DNA from: Tubulanus polymorphus
Taxonomy: Eukaryota > Animalia > Nemertea
Assembly (NCBI RefSeq): GCF_964204645.1
Contig: NC_134030.1
Location: 4,010,778-4,074,777, forward strand
DNA: 64,000 nucleotides
Direction: 5' to 3'
Shown one piece after another: positions 1 through 12,329 of this stretch. Below the pieces are notes generated by a model. It was not told the DNA's origin and did not search any database. It saw only the letters and a list, made by a program, of their open reading frames with translations. Position 1 is the stretch's first letter. Each line of letters opens with the position of its first letter. Position numbers and translations under genes: made by a program.

Positions 1-344
1 CCTCCTTCGTCGATCTGCAGGTCACGCAGTGTTAAATATCTGTCAACACTCCTTGAACCAGTGGGCGTGCAGTCCTTCCTTACTTTTATTTTGAAAAATA
101 TAAAAATAAAAAACCAGACCTTTATTTAATCATTGTTTTTATGGAGTTTTTACGGTTTCTCCAAAAAAATTTAAAATGATACAAATATAAAAAAATTCAT
201 GATCATTTCATAAATTTATTTATTTTTTGGATTAAAAGAAATTTTTTTCCATCATCTCCCATTCTCATTCATATACATTTTAAATCATTTATTTATTTAT
301 TTTTTTGACTGTACGTCCCACTGTGTTCCATACCATTTTTGCAA

Positions 345-705
345 CACCTTATTCATTAAGGTCCATTTTGCTTCTCACGATACTGAAGCATTTACCATTT
401 TTGCATTTCCTCTTGCAAAACCTTATTAACTATGGTTCATTTTGCTTCTCACGATGCTGAAGCATTTACCATCCTCGCATTACCTCTTACAACACCTTAT
501 TAACTAAGGTTCATTGTGCTTCTCATGATGCTGAAGCATTTACCATCCTTGCATTACCTCTTACAACACCTTATTAACTAAGGTTCATTTTGCTTCTCAT
601 GATGCTGAAGCATTTACCATCCTTGCATTACCTCTTACAACACCTTATTAACTAAGGTTCATTGTGCTTCTCATGATGCTGAAGCATTTACCATTTTTGC
701 ATGGT
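345..705. repeat. 74-bp minisatellite, ~5 copies (also ~31155-31515, ~61890-62245)
   Basis: Period 74 (TACCTCTTAC at 481, 555, 629); internal TGCTTC-N10-GAAGCA palindrome. Confidence 0.9.
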
Positions 706-824
706 CTTTCTTATGAGTCATCTATTCTAACGCTATGGTCGGCCGTTGCAAAATCTCTTTCGGGATAAGCAGGGAATCAATTCCTATAATAACTCCTATG
801 GAGTTTGAAAAAGGTGGATTTTTC

Positions 825-985
825 AAATCAAAAGGAACAGCATTCACATGTGATTCCTTATCGAACTACGAAGGTGGAGAAGGAATAGCTATGTTTCACA
901 CATAATGCGTTTCCTTATGAAGCTGAAAATAACGTGGAGAAGGAACAGCTATGTTTCACATAATGCGATTCCTTAGGAAACTACA
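825..985. repeat. three ~50-60-bp repeats each bracketed by AAGGAA...TTCCTT
   Basis: AAGGAAYAGC...TTCACA...TTCCTTA seen three times. Confidence 0.65.
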
Positions 986-1479
986 TTGAAACAGATTGTT
1001 CAATGTTCCATGTTGCCCCTCCCCACAAATACTATGACGTTTATACGTCAATTGTAAAACCATTATATCGTTATTAACATACTTGTTTTTCTAATTACAG
1101 AATTAAAGATTAATTTAATATGACATGAAAACTTGAATGATTGAAATGTTAATATCTAATGCTCAACAACGCATGAAAATCCTTCACATGTGAGCGGAAG
1201 GATTGAAAATGTTTACTCAGGAAGGAAAAGGAATATATATTTATATACGTGAGATTGCCTGGATTAAAAATTGCACAAGAAAGGAAACCACAGCAAAGAC
1301 TACGGTAATCAATTTCATCACATTTCTAAGGTGCGAAAGTTCACTGGATCAGTGATCAATCCATGAATTTATGAGTTCTTAATTGAACATGGAAAATCTG
1401 CAAAAATGCAATGATAAAGAATCTTGGATAAAAAAAGAATAAAATAAAGATCTTGGATTAGAGATTTAGTCATAATCAC

Positions 1480-2332
1480 TTCAGTGATCAGGTTTTATTG
1501 ATTGATATTGATCTCTACTTATTCTAACGATCACCAGGATGATGATTTGAGTTTAAGATTCTTGTTAGATTAATCTGCATCTCTTGTTGAAATCAATAAG
1601 GCATATGAGAGAGGAGGTCTGAGATATGAGAGAGGCAGTTGGGGAGGTATGAGAGTGGAGGTTCAGGAGAGTGGAGGTTCAGGAGAGAGGAGGTTCAGGG
1701 AATATGAAAGTTTATGGAGATATAGTAGAGAGTGTATGGAAGTATGATAGAGGAGTTTAAGGAGATATCATAGAGGAGATTGTCTTAAAGGAAAATTGTT
1801 AAGTTCATAACAATCGAGCAACTCGGTAATAGACTCCGCTCTGATAAAGTAACGTCTTCTGGTCCTCGATTGCGGTCTGAATTGCAAGAATTGTGTTAAG
1901 CAATTTAAATATGGTTGATAGAGCGTGGAATTGTTTCCATGTAGGCATGCAATGCACAAAACACACATCAGATTAAGGCTGTTGAGAGGGAATTATCAAT
2001 AGATTTAAGAAATCGACGATGAATTTGGTTTCAAGAGGTTGATCATTCATATGGCAGTTAATCAGATCAGGTTCTCAGGCACTTCCTTGGTCCCCAAAAA
2101 CTGCATAAGTTGTATCAAAGTATGTGATATAACCTACTAATTTATTACATGAAAAGAGGCTACTTGTAGTTTCTAAGCCACTTCGCAATTATTGTTGCAA
2201 AGAGGTCCCAAAATCCGACCAGCACCACCAATAGATTTCTACAGAACAGTTAGTGTTGTAATTTTTGTGGTTCCAGTTTTTTTTTCACTGTCCGAGATAA
2301 TAGAAAATTCCTAAATTTTGAGTCCTTCAGTG
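1480..2332 (-). pseudogene. 3' half (exons 3-4) of microprotein paralog 'gene 2'; exon 2 missing in copies A and C
   Basis: Minus-strand acceptor ATTTCAG at 2333-2339; frame TLKDSKFRNFLLSRTVKKKLEPQKLQH*LFCRNLLVVLVGFWDLFATIIAKWLRNYK*; donor GTAGGT at 2137; acceptor TCTCAACAG at 1979; AATAAA at 1494-1499. Confidence 0.5.
1600..1785. repeat. purine-rich short tandem repeats (GAGAGTGGAGGTTCAG; ~22-bp TATGGAGATATGATAGAGGAGTT)
   Basis: Direct inspection; copy number differs at 32420-32570 and 33880-34105. Confidence 0.75.
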
Positions 2333-3377
2333 CTGAAATTCCATTTTATCACAAATTTTAAGTTTCCTAATCTTAACTTTGCAAAAATTTGAACTTTTCC
2401 TATTCTATTTCTTGTCAAAGATTTCATTCCAGTTCTCAAAATTATTTGCAGTTTTTTAATGTCTGCGAAATATCGTCAGTTATTTTCCTGGTTTCATATT
2501 TATTATTGCCCAAAATCATATCTCATATGAATTATTATTACTATTATTGGATTTTTTTCGCTGATTGATTATAGATCTTTTGGGGTTTGGTTTGATATTA
2601 TGATTGATCAAGGTGATCCATCTAAAACTGTTTCATAAATTTTGAAATATTCATATTTGAAAACAATTTCGTTGATACTTCTAAACTAGTAATTCTACAA
2701 AAATTCTAAAAACAATTTTACACGTATCTTACGACTATTCTAGAAATGAGAATTATATCAATTTTAATGTAACTATTTTATCTGAATTTTAATCTATTAA
2801 GGTAACTATTTTATATCTGAATTTTAAAATACCTATGATATCGAAAAACTATTTTATCTGAATATTATACTATTTAATTTGTGTGTATTTTATCTCAAAG
2901 TATCTTTAAACTATTTTATTTGTATGTATATAAAAAAAATATTTCATTTGTATATATTTTAAAACTATTTAATTTGTACATATTCTTTTAGAACAATGTT
3001 TTTTTTTGTATTATAATACTAGCTAAAAGTTCAATTTGATGAAATATTTTATATTTGACTATCACTGTGTATATTCTAACCTCAGTGATTTCATGAATTG
3101 AATAACTGAAGGTCCAGGTTTTATCACCGAATACTGTTTGACACAATTACGTGGTCCACAACACAGATATAAATAGTGGTTATATAAAAGGCCCGTGTTG
3201 TATATAATGCACGCATAAAGAGCTTTTACTCATAGTTGATATAGGCTCAGTAAACATGACATGTGTTCGAGAACTTTTTCTCGTACTTTTTTTACCTTTT
3301 TTCTTGAGAATTTTTTTTTTCAATTTTCTATTTTACAACGGAAGATCTACTCATTTTTCGTAGATGTTTCACTATCA

Positions 3378-3862
3378 TGGAATGCGATAAATAATAAGAA
3401 ACAGTCCAAGTGTATTTTTGATAGGATATTTTCAGCTTCCCGACGTATGAAATTGACATAGGTTATTCAAGCCTAGGTTCAGAAAATCACTACTAGGTGG
3501 CATGTCAGATTATTACCGTAGTTCAATTACATCAAATGAATATGATAACATAACCAATTGTAGTACGACCAGTAACAACAAACTTAATTTTCCTGCACAA
3601 GATACAGAAAGTAGTAAAAGTCAAATACTATTTCTGAATTAGAATTTCCTCTAGCCTAAATGCTAGTGGTCATGTTATCATTTTTATCCAACGTCATCTC
3701 GGCTTTTTCAAAACTCGTCTTTGAACGTAATGATAATCTATAGTATTTTTGGAAATGATATAAATCAATGCAAATTTGATGTCATCATAACAAAATATGT
3801 CGCTGAAAACATCATATGAAAAATACACTCCGATTGTTTTTTTAAAATTTATTTCGTTCCAT
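3378..3862. mobile_element. old MITE-like element with ~60-bp diverged inverted ends
   Basis: GGAATGCGATAAAT...AGTGTATTTTTGATAGGATATTTTCAGC (3379-3437) matches the reverse complement of 3802-3861; no TSD resolved. Confidence 0.4.
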
Positions 3863-4301
3863 ACAAAACCGTACTCAGCTCCACAGTTTGATTCGGATAC
3901 AAGACTTACAAGAATTTAGATACATAAAATTACATAAGTGTTGAACTGGGTTTTGTTAAGTTGTGAGCATGACGTTTATAATTCACTAGTGTGTTTGTTT
4001 CAAGTTAGCCTTATTTTAAATTAGTTAGTTTTGGTTTAGTTATTTGTATCAATTTTTGCTGTTTTGAATTTAATTCGTTCCAGTTGATTAAAGTCTAGTT
4101 TAGTTTAAGTTTTAGTTAGTTTAGGTCAAGTTTAGGTCAAGTTGATTTACTAAATGCAGTTAACTTAAAACCTCTGATAAACTGAGGGTCAATTTATCTT
4201 ATGATAAGTTACACTCAGGTACATTAATCAATAATCCCATTTAAGATCTCATTATTTTATGCAGTTTAGAGATTTTCGCTGAATAGAATAGTAACAATAG
4301 A

Positions 4302-5025
4302 ACTGAGGGTAAATTCATCAATGTTGAAATCACTCACAGGATCATCATTAAAACAATGAATGATCTGAGGGTAAATTCATCATTGTTGAAATTACTCTCA
4401 GGATCATCATTTAAAAAATGAATGAACTGAGGGTAAATTCATCATTGTTGAAATTACTTTCAGGATCATCATTAAAACAATGAATGAACTGAGGGTAAAT
4501 TCATCATTGTTGAAATTACTCTCAGGATCATCATTTAAAAACTGAATGAACTGAGGGTAAATTCATCATTGTTGAAATTACTCTCAGAATCATCATTAAA
4601 ACAATGAATGAACTGAGGGTAAATTCATCATTGTTGAAATTACTCTCAGCATCATCATTAAAACAATGAATGAACTGAGGGTAAATTCATCATTGTTGAA
4701 ATTACTCTCAGGATCATCATAAAAACAATGAATGAACTGAGGGTAAATTTATCATGGTTGAAATTACTCTCAGGATCATCATTAAAACAATGAATCAACT
4801 GAGGGTAAATTCATCATTGTTGAAATTACTCTTAGGATCATCATAAAAACAATGAATGAACTGAGGGTAAATTTATCATGGTTGAAATTACTCTCAGGAT
4901 CATCATTAAAACAATGAATGAACTGAGGGTAAATTTATCATGGTTGAAATTACTCTCGGGATCATCATTAAAACAATGAATGAACTGAGGGTAAATTCAT
5001 CATTGTTGAAATTGCTCTCAGTTCA
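4302..5025. repeat. 62-bp minisatellite with stem-loop, ~12 copies (~8 copies at 36705-37180)
   Basis: Unit AACTGAGGGTAAATTCATCATTGTTGAAATTACTCTCAGGATCATCATTAAAACAATGAATG; CTGAGGGTAAATTC pairs with GAAATTACTCTCAG. Confidence 0.95.
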
Positions 5026-5052
5026 TTGAAAATATTTTAGCGTTAAAACCAG

Positions 5053-5472
5053 TTTTAATTACCCCTCCCCCTGTTTTCTTGTTAATTGATAGTTACATCA
5101 CAAGTTATAGAATAGATGATTGGGTTTTTTTGGGACCTAAGTGTGTTCACTTTTTATCTGTAATTTGTCTGTTTTGGAAGCGCTTCAATGGATTGTCTTG
5201 AGATTTTGGTTTATGCACATATCTACCCTAGACACGCATCTGCAGCCCAAAACTGACAGAGAATCAAGATAGCTGACTGGTAGCCATCATGGGAATAGAA
5301 TTATATACAATGTTTTCATCAGTTCTGGTACCTACGCATTTTACTGCAATCAATTGCAAATTTGTAGCATTGGTTTTTGTTGTGTTTACCAAGGGCATTG
5401 AATATTGAAATTGTCAGATTCTCAAGCATTGCACAGAGTGGGCATGGTGTCCCTGCACCCTTTGTTTTTTTA
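5053..5472 (+). mobile_element. possible Helentron-associated (HINE/DINE-1-like) non-autonomous element
   Basis: T-run + ATTACCCCTCCCC start, TCTG-like tract, AATGGATT..CTTGAGATTTTGG core, terminal GGGCATGGTGTCCC hairpin then T-run; recognised by general layout only. Confidence 0.35.
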
Positions 5473-5528
5473 TTTTCTCACCGCTTTCAAGGTTCTCGTA
5501 CACATTTCATGCAGCTTTTTCATTCAAT

Positions 5529-5897
5529 ATCGATGTCATCCTCACTTGCCAGGTTTTAATTGTCATCTGCCGAAGCCCATGCCAACACGATCCTTGGCCG
5601 CAAACTCTTCATTGGTCTCTTACATTGCTCAAGATTTCCTGGTTAGACAGGTTACCACTGAGCGGCCACCAGTCTATGTATTAAGTGAATCGGATGCGTT
5701 GTTTTTAGCCGGCAGTCTTGCAGCCGGCATCTGATTGACTGGATATATAGACTGGTGGCCGCTTAGCAGCAACCTGTCGACCCGAGAGATCTTGGACAAA
5801 ACATAATGGTCCAATGAAGGGTTTGCGTGCAGGGTTTGTGTTAGCGTGAGTGCCGGTGGGCGGCAATAAAACCCTGGTGATTGAGGATGTATCGATG
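5529..5897. other. long imperfect inverted repeat (~170-bp arms, ~25-nt loop); copy B 37686-38046
   Basis: 5529-5700 aligns with the reverse complement of 5725-5897 (e.g. AGCGGCCACCAGTCTAT / ATAGACTGGTGGCCGCT); the opposite-strand ORFs both read RQV..RPPVY..S.SDA. Confidence 0.85.
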
Positions 5898-7064
5898 TAC
5901 ATATCAACACATAAATAGGCCAACATTATAGGCGGCATTATTATTGGGAGGTTCACCTGGCCTAATATACTGCGCGGTAAAAAAACCACTCTTTCTGTGG
6001 TTGTGTAGTACCAGTAATTGATGATCATCGAGTGAGTGATTGGCCTGGCCCAGTTATTCCAATTGGAAATCACTTTGGTTTTGATTATGATTGGTATAAA
6101 ATATTTCATCAAATCGATTGACACATTTTATCCGTACTAACACTACTTGTACATATTGTAAAGTTGTAAATAGCTTTTTATTTATATTTCTTTTATTTTA
6201 TTATTTTATATTCTTTTCTTTTATTTTATATTATATTTCTTTTTAGATTTTTAATTGATTTCGATTTTCTAATTGTAAATATTTTTTCTAATTGTAAATA
6301 TTTTTTAGATATCCTTTTAACTTTGGATTTTTAATGATTATTTAAACTTTTTAAAAGTAATTTTAAAACTTTTTAATTTTCTTAACATCATAATGTCTAT
6401 ACATCGAATAGGACTATTTTAGTGAAAATTTTGATATAGATTTAATTGATGATTAATATTTTTAATTTTATTGAATAATTTTAGTATTCAAAACAACAGA
6501 ATGAATGCATTCCATCTTAGTTTGATACTGATATTTCTTTTCACTGGTTTTTCATTGACTCATGTCGAATCTATTGTTTTAGCCACATTTGTACCTATAA
6601 GTTTGGATTAGCCCTGCCTCCTTGTCATTGCTGATGGTTGATTTCAGATTTTCAGCGTCTGATAACATTTGGTATTAATTCAATGCTACGTTCTGTTTTG
6701 TTGGTTTTATTTCATATGAACATTTTTAAAGATGACCTTTGTCGAATACTTAGTAGTGCAGAGGTTAAAATAATTATAGAATTTTATAGAATTGTCTAAA
6801 ATACTGTACCTAGTAACATATGAGTAGTGTTGCTAGTGTACCTCTATTTACAAGTTGTCCGTGGTACGATGTAAAACTGCCTCTTTTAAACAATACGTTT
6901 TAGCAATACATTTTATCAGTGATTTTTATCTGTTTGTCCTGTGGTATGACGTTAAACTGCCTCTTTTTAACAGTTTTTATCATTTTTTATCGTTTTTACC
7001 CATATGTTTTATTGTTTTTACCCATATGTTTTATCATTTTTATCACCCCTTCTTTTTCTACCTG

Positions 7065-7545
7065 TCTCTATTCTATCCCTTTCTGTCTCTATCCTATCCC
7101 TCTCTGTCTCTATCCTTTCCCTCTCTGTCTCTATCCTTTCCCTCTCTCTATCCTTTCCCTCTTCTATCTAACCGACTAACTCTCTCTTCTTCTCTCTCTA
7201 ACCCACTAACTCTCTCCTCTCCTTTCTTTCTCTCACCACTCTCCTTCCTACTCCCTCCTCTCTCTCTTCTCTCTCCCTCCTCACTCTCCTTTATCTCTCT
7301 TTCTTTTCTCTCTCTCCCTCTCTCTCTTGTAAATATTGTAAATTTGTAAATAGTATTATTTATTTCTCTTTTTGTATCTTTCTTGTAAATATTGTAAATT
7401 TGTAAATAGTGGTTTTTATTTCTCCTTTTTTAACTTTCTTGTAAATATTGTACATTTGTAAATAGTAGTTTTTTATTTCTCTCTCTCTTTATTTAACTTT
7501 CTTGTAAAAGTTGTAAATTTGTAAATAGTAGTTTTTATTTCTCTT
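7065..7545. repeat. CT-rich microsatellite followed by four ~55-65-bp CTTGTAAATATTGTAAATTTGTAAATAGT repeats
   Basis: Direct inspection; repeated at ~39200-39670. Confidence 0.85.
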
Positions 7546-7989
7546 TCTTTTCTAAACTGTCTCTTTTAAACAATACGTTTTATCAATAGATTTTATCAGC
7601 GATTTTTATCTGTTTTGTCCTGTGGTATGACATTAAACTGCCTCTTTTAAACATACGTTTTATCAATACATTTTATCAGTAATTTTTAAATACATTCGTA
7701 GCATTGATACCATTGCAATACATTAGTCCCTCCTCCTTTTGATTAAGTACACCCAATCATTTACTAACAAGTGATGGTTAAATACACTTGCAAACTAGCA
7801 GATCAGAGATCTCAGGACGCAACATCACTTCAATCCTTATTTCTTGACATATACCTGGTAATATAAAATGCTCTTTTTAGCTTGTGACAAAATGTCTTTG
7901 ATATAAGATGCTACTATTTGCTTAACTAGAATCTTCTTTCAAATATTATAATATCACTGGTTTGCAATATACTTAACCCTAATTGGTCG

Positions 7990-8800
7990 CAGCTGTTACA
8001 ATCATCTCAACAACGATTGAACATACTTTCCCCTTATTAGTTTGAAGTATAATTCCCCCTCCCTGGTTGCAGTTCACTTTATTGGTTGCAGCTATGAACA
8101 ATCATCTCAATGATTGAGCATACTTTCTCCTCATTAGTTTGAGGTATAATTCCCCCTCCCTGGTTGCAGTTCACTTTATTGGTTGCAGCTATGAACAATC
8201 ATCTCAATGATTGAGCATACTTTCGCCTCATTAGTTTGAGGTATAATTCCCCCTCACTGGTTGCAGTTCACCTCATTTGTTGCAGCTATGAACAATCATC
8301 TCAATGATTGAGCATACTTTCTCCTCATTAGTTTGAGGTATAAGTCCCCCTCACTGGTTGCAGTTCACCTCATTTGTTGCAGCTATGAACAATCATCTCA
8401 ATGATTGAGCATACTTTCTCCTCATTAGTTTGAGGTATAATTCCCCCTCACTGGTTGCAGTTCACCTCATTTGTTGCAGCTATGAACAATCATCTCAATG
8501 ATTGAGCATACTTTCTCCTCATTAGTTTGAGGTATCAGTCCCCCTCACTGGTTGCAGTTCACCTCATTTGTTGCAGCTATGAACAATCATCTCAATGATT
8601 GAGCATACTTTCTCCTCATTAGTTTGAGGTATAATTCCCCCTCACTGGTTGCAGTTCACTTTATTTGTTGCAGCTATGAACAATCATCTCAATGATTGAG
8701 CATACTTTCTCCTTATTAGTTCGCAATATAATTCCCCCTCACTGGTTGCAGTTCACTTTATTGGTTGCAGCTATGAACAATCATCTCAGTATACTTTCCC
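7990..8800. repeat. 97-bp minisatellite, ~8 copies (also ~40130-40930)
   Basis: TGATTGAGCA at 8111, 8208, 8305 etc.; internal CCTCA-N6-TGAGG and CTCAATGATTGAG palindromes. Confidence 0.95.
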
Positions 8801-9354
8801 CTCGCTGGTTCATTGGTTGCAGTTTTCAACTTTGGTTTGATGATGATGAATGTTGGTTCTGTAAACAGCTCTACGCGAGCAGTTGTCAAAATGTTGAAGT
8901 CTTTGCCAGACATGGGTTTGATCTCTCTAAGAAAAAGCTAAAAGGGTTTCGATTAGAATACAGCACCTAATATCAAAAGTCTAGAAAAGACTGATTTACA
9001 TTTGTAAAAACGCTGTGAAAGGTGTATCGCTAGATTTCTCACATGACTCCTCTCTCTCCTCTGACAAATAAGTAAGACACAAATCTTTTGTTGACTGCTG
9101 AATCAATTGATAGTAGTGAAAGTTTAGTGTTCAGATACAATGAAAGTGTGAAGTTGAGTTTTAAACGTTATGTTAGGTACATGTACATGCCTCCTCTCTC
9201 TCTCTCTCTCGCCTCTCCTCTCTCTCATAAACAATTAAATAAGACACTCAATTGTTTGTATACATTTAGTTTTTTGCTGTGGTTTTCTCAATAGAAAAGT
9301 TTGAACTGCTCATTGATTGCAGCTCATTTCAAACTATGATAAAAGTGAGGTAAA

Positions 9355-9560
9355 AGTGGGTGAATTACTGCTAAATCAATTGGTAGTGATGAAAGTTAAG
9401 TGTTAAAAACACTGTGAGTGAATTAATTACTGCTTAATCAATTAGTAGTGATGAAAGTTAAGTGTTAAAAACACTCTGGGTGAATTACTGCTAAATCCAT
9501 TGGTGGTGATGGAAATTAAGTGTTACAAAACACTGTGGTTAAATTACTGCTAAATCAACC
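9355..9560. repeat. ~60-bp repeat, 3-4 copies
   Basis: AATTACTGCTAAATCAATTGGTAGTGATGAAAGTTAAGTGTTAAAAACACT recurring. Confidence 0.8.
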
Positions 9561-9639
9561 TGACCTTCTTGAATTGTCAAGTAGAACTGTGAGGTACAAG
9601 GAATTGTCAGTGACTTACAACACTGATAGCTGCCTTATT

Positions 9640-12310
9640 CAAATACTGCTCGTTGCTGCTGTGTGTTTTTGATTTAGAGGTGATATTGAGAATTGTATCT
9701 CTTTCCCTTACCTTCGCATATTACTACATTAAACATTATTACAATAGAATTATTACATTAAACATTATAACATCATGAATCATTACATAATTACATTATC
9801 AAATTACACTGATGACCTCCTTCAATACTGCTGTTTGCTGCTGGGTGTTAATTGATACACTCCGTTATGGGGTGATATTGAGTGCAGGAGTCTCCTCCTT
9901 CCTTCTTCAACTGTCATGTAGAAACGTGACAAACGGACTGAATTATCAGTGTGTTACATCACTGATGACCTCCTTTAATATTGCTGCTTGCTGCTGGGTG
10001 TTAATTCTTTGATTTAGAGGTGATATTGAGAATTGTTTCTCTTTCCCTTACCTTCTTGAATTATTACATTAAACATTATTACAATAGAATTATTACATTA
10101 AACATTATAACATCATGAATCATCCTCCTTAAATACTGCTGCTTGCTGCTGGGTGTTAATTGATACACTCTGTTTTGGGGTGATATTGGGTGCAGGAGTC
10201 TCCCCCTTCCTTCTTCAACTGCCATGTAGAAACGTGACAAACCAACTGAATAATCAGTGTGTTACAACACTGATGACCTCCTTTAATACTGCTGCTTGCT
10301 GCTGGGTGTTAATTGATACACTCAGTTTCGGGGTGATATTGGGTGCAGGAGTCTCCTCCTTCCTTCTTCAACTGTCATGTAGCAGTTTGACAAACGGACT
10401 GAATTATCAGTGTGTTACATCACTGATGACCTCCTTTAATACTGCTGTTTGCTGCTGGGTGTTAATTGATACACTCTGTTTTGGGGTGATATTGAGTGCA
10501 GAAGTCTCCTCCTTCCTCCTTCAACTGTCATGTAGAAACGTGACAAACGAACTGTATCATCAGTGTGTTACATCACTGATGACCTCCTTCAATACTGCTG
10601 CTTGCTGCTGGGTGTTAATTGATACACTTCGTTTTGGGGTGATATTGAGCGCAGGAGTCTCCTCCTTCCTCCTTCAACTGTCATGTAGAAACGTGACAAA
10701 CGAACTGAATTATCAGTGTGTTACATCACTGATGACCTCCTTTAATACTGCTGCTTGCTGCTGGGTGTTAATTCTTTGATTTAGAGGTGATATTGAGAAT
10801 TGTTTCTCTTTCCCTTACCTTCTTGAATTATTACATTCAACATTATTACAATAGAATTATTACATTAAACATTATAACATCATGAATCATCCTCCTTAAA
10901 TACTGCTGCTTGCTGCTGGGTGTTAATTGATACACTCTGTTTTGGGGTGATATTGGGTGCAGGAGTCTCCTCCTTCCTTCTTCAACTGCCATGTAGAAAC
11001 GTGACAAACGAACTGAATTATCAGTGTGTTACAACACTGATGACCTCCTTTAATACTGCTGCTTGCTGCTGGGTGTTAATTGATACACTCAGTTTTGGGG
11101 TGATATTGGGTGCAGGAGTCTCCTCCTTCCTTCTTCAACTGTCATGTAGCAGTTTGACAAACGGACTGAATTATCAGTGTGTTACATCACTGATGACCTC
11201 CTTTAATACTGCTGCTTGCTGCTGGGTGTTAATTGATACACTCTGTTTTGGGGTGATATTGAGTTCAGGAGTCTCCTCCTTCCTTCATCAACTGTCATGT
11301 AGAAACGTGACAAACGGACTGAATTATCAGTGTGTTACAACACTGATGACCTCCTTCAATACTGCTGCTTGCTGCTGGGTGTTAATTCTTTGATTTAGAG
11401 GTGATATTGAGAATTGTTTCTCTTTCCCTTACCTTCTTGAATTATTACATTAAACATAATTACAATAGAATTATTACATTAAACATTATAACATCATGAA
11501 TCATTACATAATTACATTATCAAATTACACTGATGACCTCCTTTAATACTGCTGCTTGCTGCTGGGTGTTAATTGATACACTTCGTTTTGGGGTGATATT
11601 GAGCGCAGGAGTCTCCTCCTTCCTCCTTCAACTCTCACGTAGAAACGTGACAAACGGACTGAATTTTCAGTGTGTTACAACACTGATGGCCTCCTTTAAT
11701 ACTGCTGCTTGCTGCTGGGTGTTAATTGATACACTCTGTTTTGGGGTGATATTGAGTGCAGGAGTCTCCTCCTTCCTTCGTCAACTGTCATGTAGAAACG
11801 TGACAAACGGACTGAATTGTCAGTGTGTTACATCACTGATGACCTCCTTCAATACTGCTGCTTGCTGCTGGGTGTTAATTGATACACTTCGTTTTGGGGT
11901 GATATTGAGCGCAGGAGTCTCCTCCTTCCTCCTTCAACTCTCATGTAGAAACGTGACAAACGGACTGAATTGTCAGTGTGTTACAACACTGATGGCCTCC
12001 TTAAATACTGCTGCTTGCTGCCGGGTGTTAATTGATACACTCTGTTTTGGGGTGATATTGAGTGCAGGAGTCTCCTCCTTCCTTCGTCAACTGTCATGTA
12101 GAAACGTGACAAACGAACTGAATTATCAGTGTGTTACAACACTGACGACCTCCTTATATACTGCTGCTTGCTGCTGGGTGTTAATTGATACACTCTGTTT
12201 TGGGGTGATAATGAGTTAAGGAGTCTCCTCCTTCCTTCTTCAACTGTCATGTAGAAACGTGACAAAAGAACTGAATTATCAGTGTGTTACAACACTGATG
12301 ACCTCCTTTA
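9640..12310. repeat. 153-bp satellite with interspersed variant monomer, copy A
   Basis: 51-aa periodicity in the + frame ORFs; variant ATTCTTTGATTTAGAGG...CATCATGAATCAT at ~10003, 10771, 11385. Confidence 0.95.
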
Positions 12311-12329
12311 ATTTTAAATTTGAATTCTA

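Noticed and set aside
1768-1968. 66-aa ORF MCVLCIACL...
   Set aside because: Disrupted in both B segments; better explained as 3'UTR exon of gene 2.
4302-5025. CRISPR-like palindromic repeats
   Set aside because: No unique spacers, no cas genes, eukaryotic context.
5405-6124. ORFs over the inverted repeat
   Set aside because: Frameshifted between copies A and B; the shared motif is explained by the DNA palindrome.
6855-7349. Leu/Ser/Phe-rich ORFs
   Set aside because: Translation of a CT microsatellite; frame differs in copy B.
9812-12219. Long + strand ORFs (up to 321 aa in copy B) with a 51-aa Cys-rich repeat
   Set aside because: They follow from a 153-bp monomer lacking a stop in one frame; interrupted by variant monomers and TAA alleles; no promoter or splice context.
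9805-12310. Hammerhead ribozymes (CTGATGA and GAAAC in each 153-mer; CTGACGA at 18493; TTGATGAG at 21066)
   Set aside because: Core motifs are not joined by a stem II in the required geometry; an Infernal search with hammerhead models would settle it.
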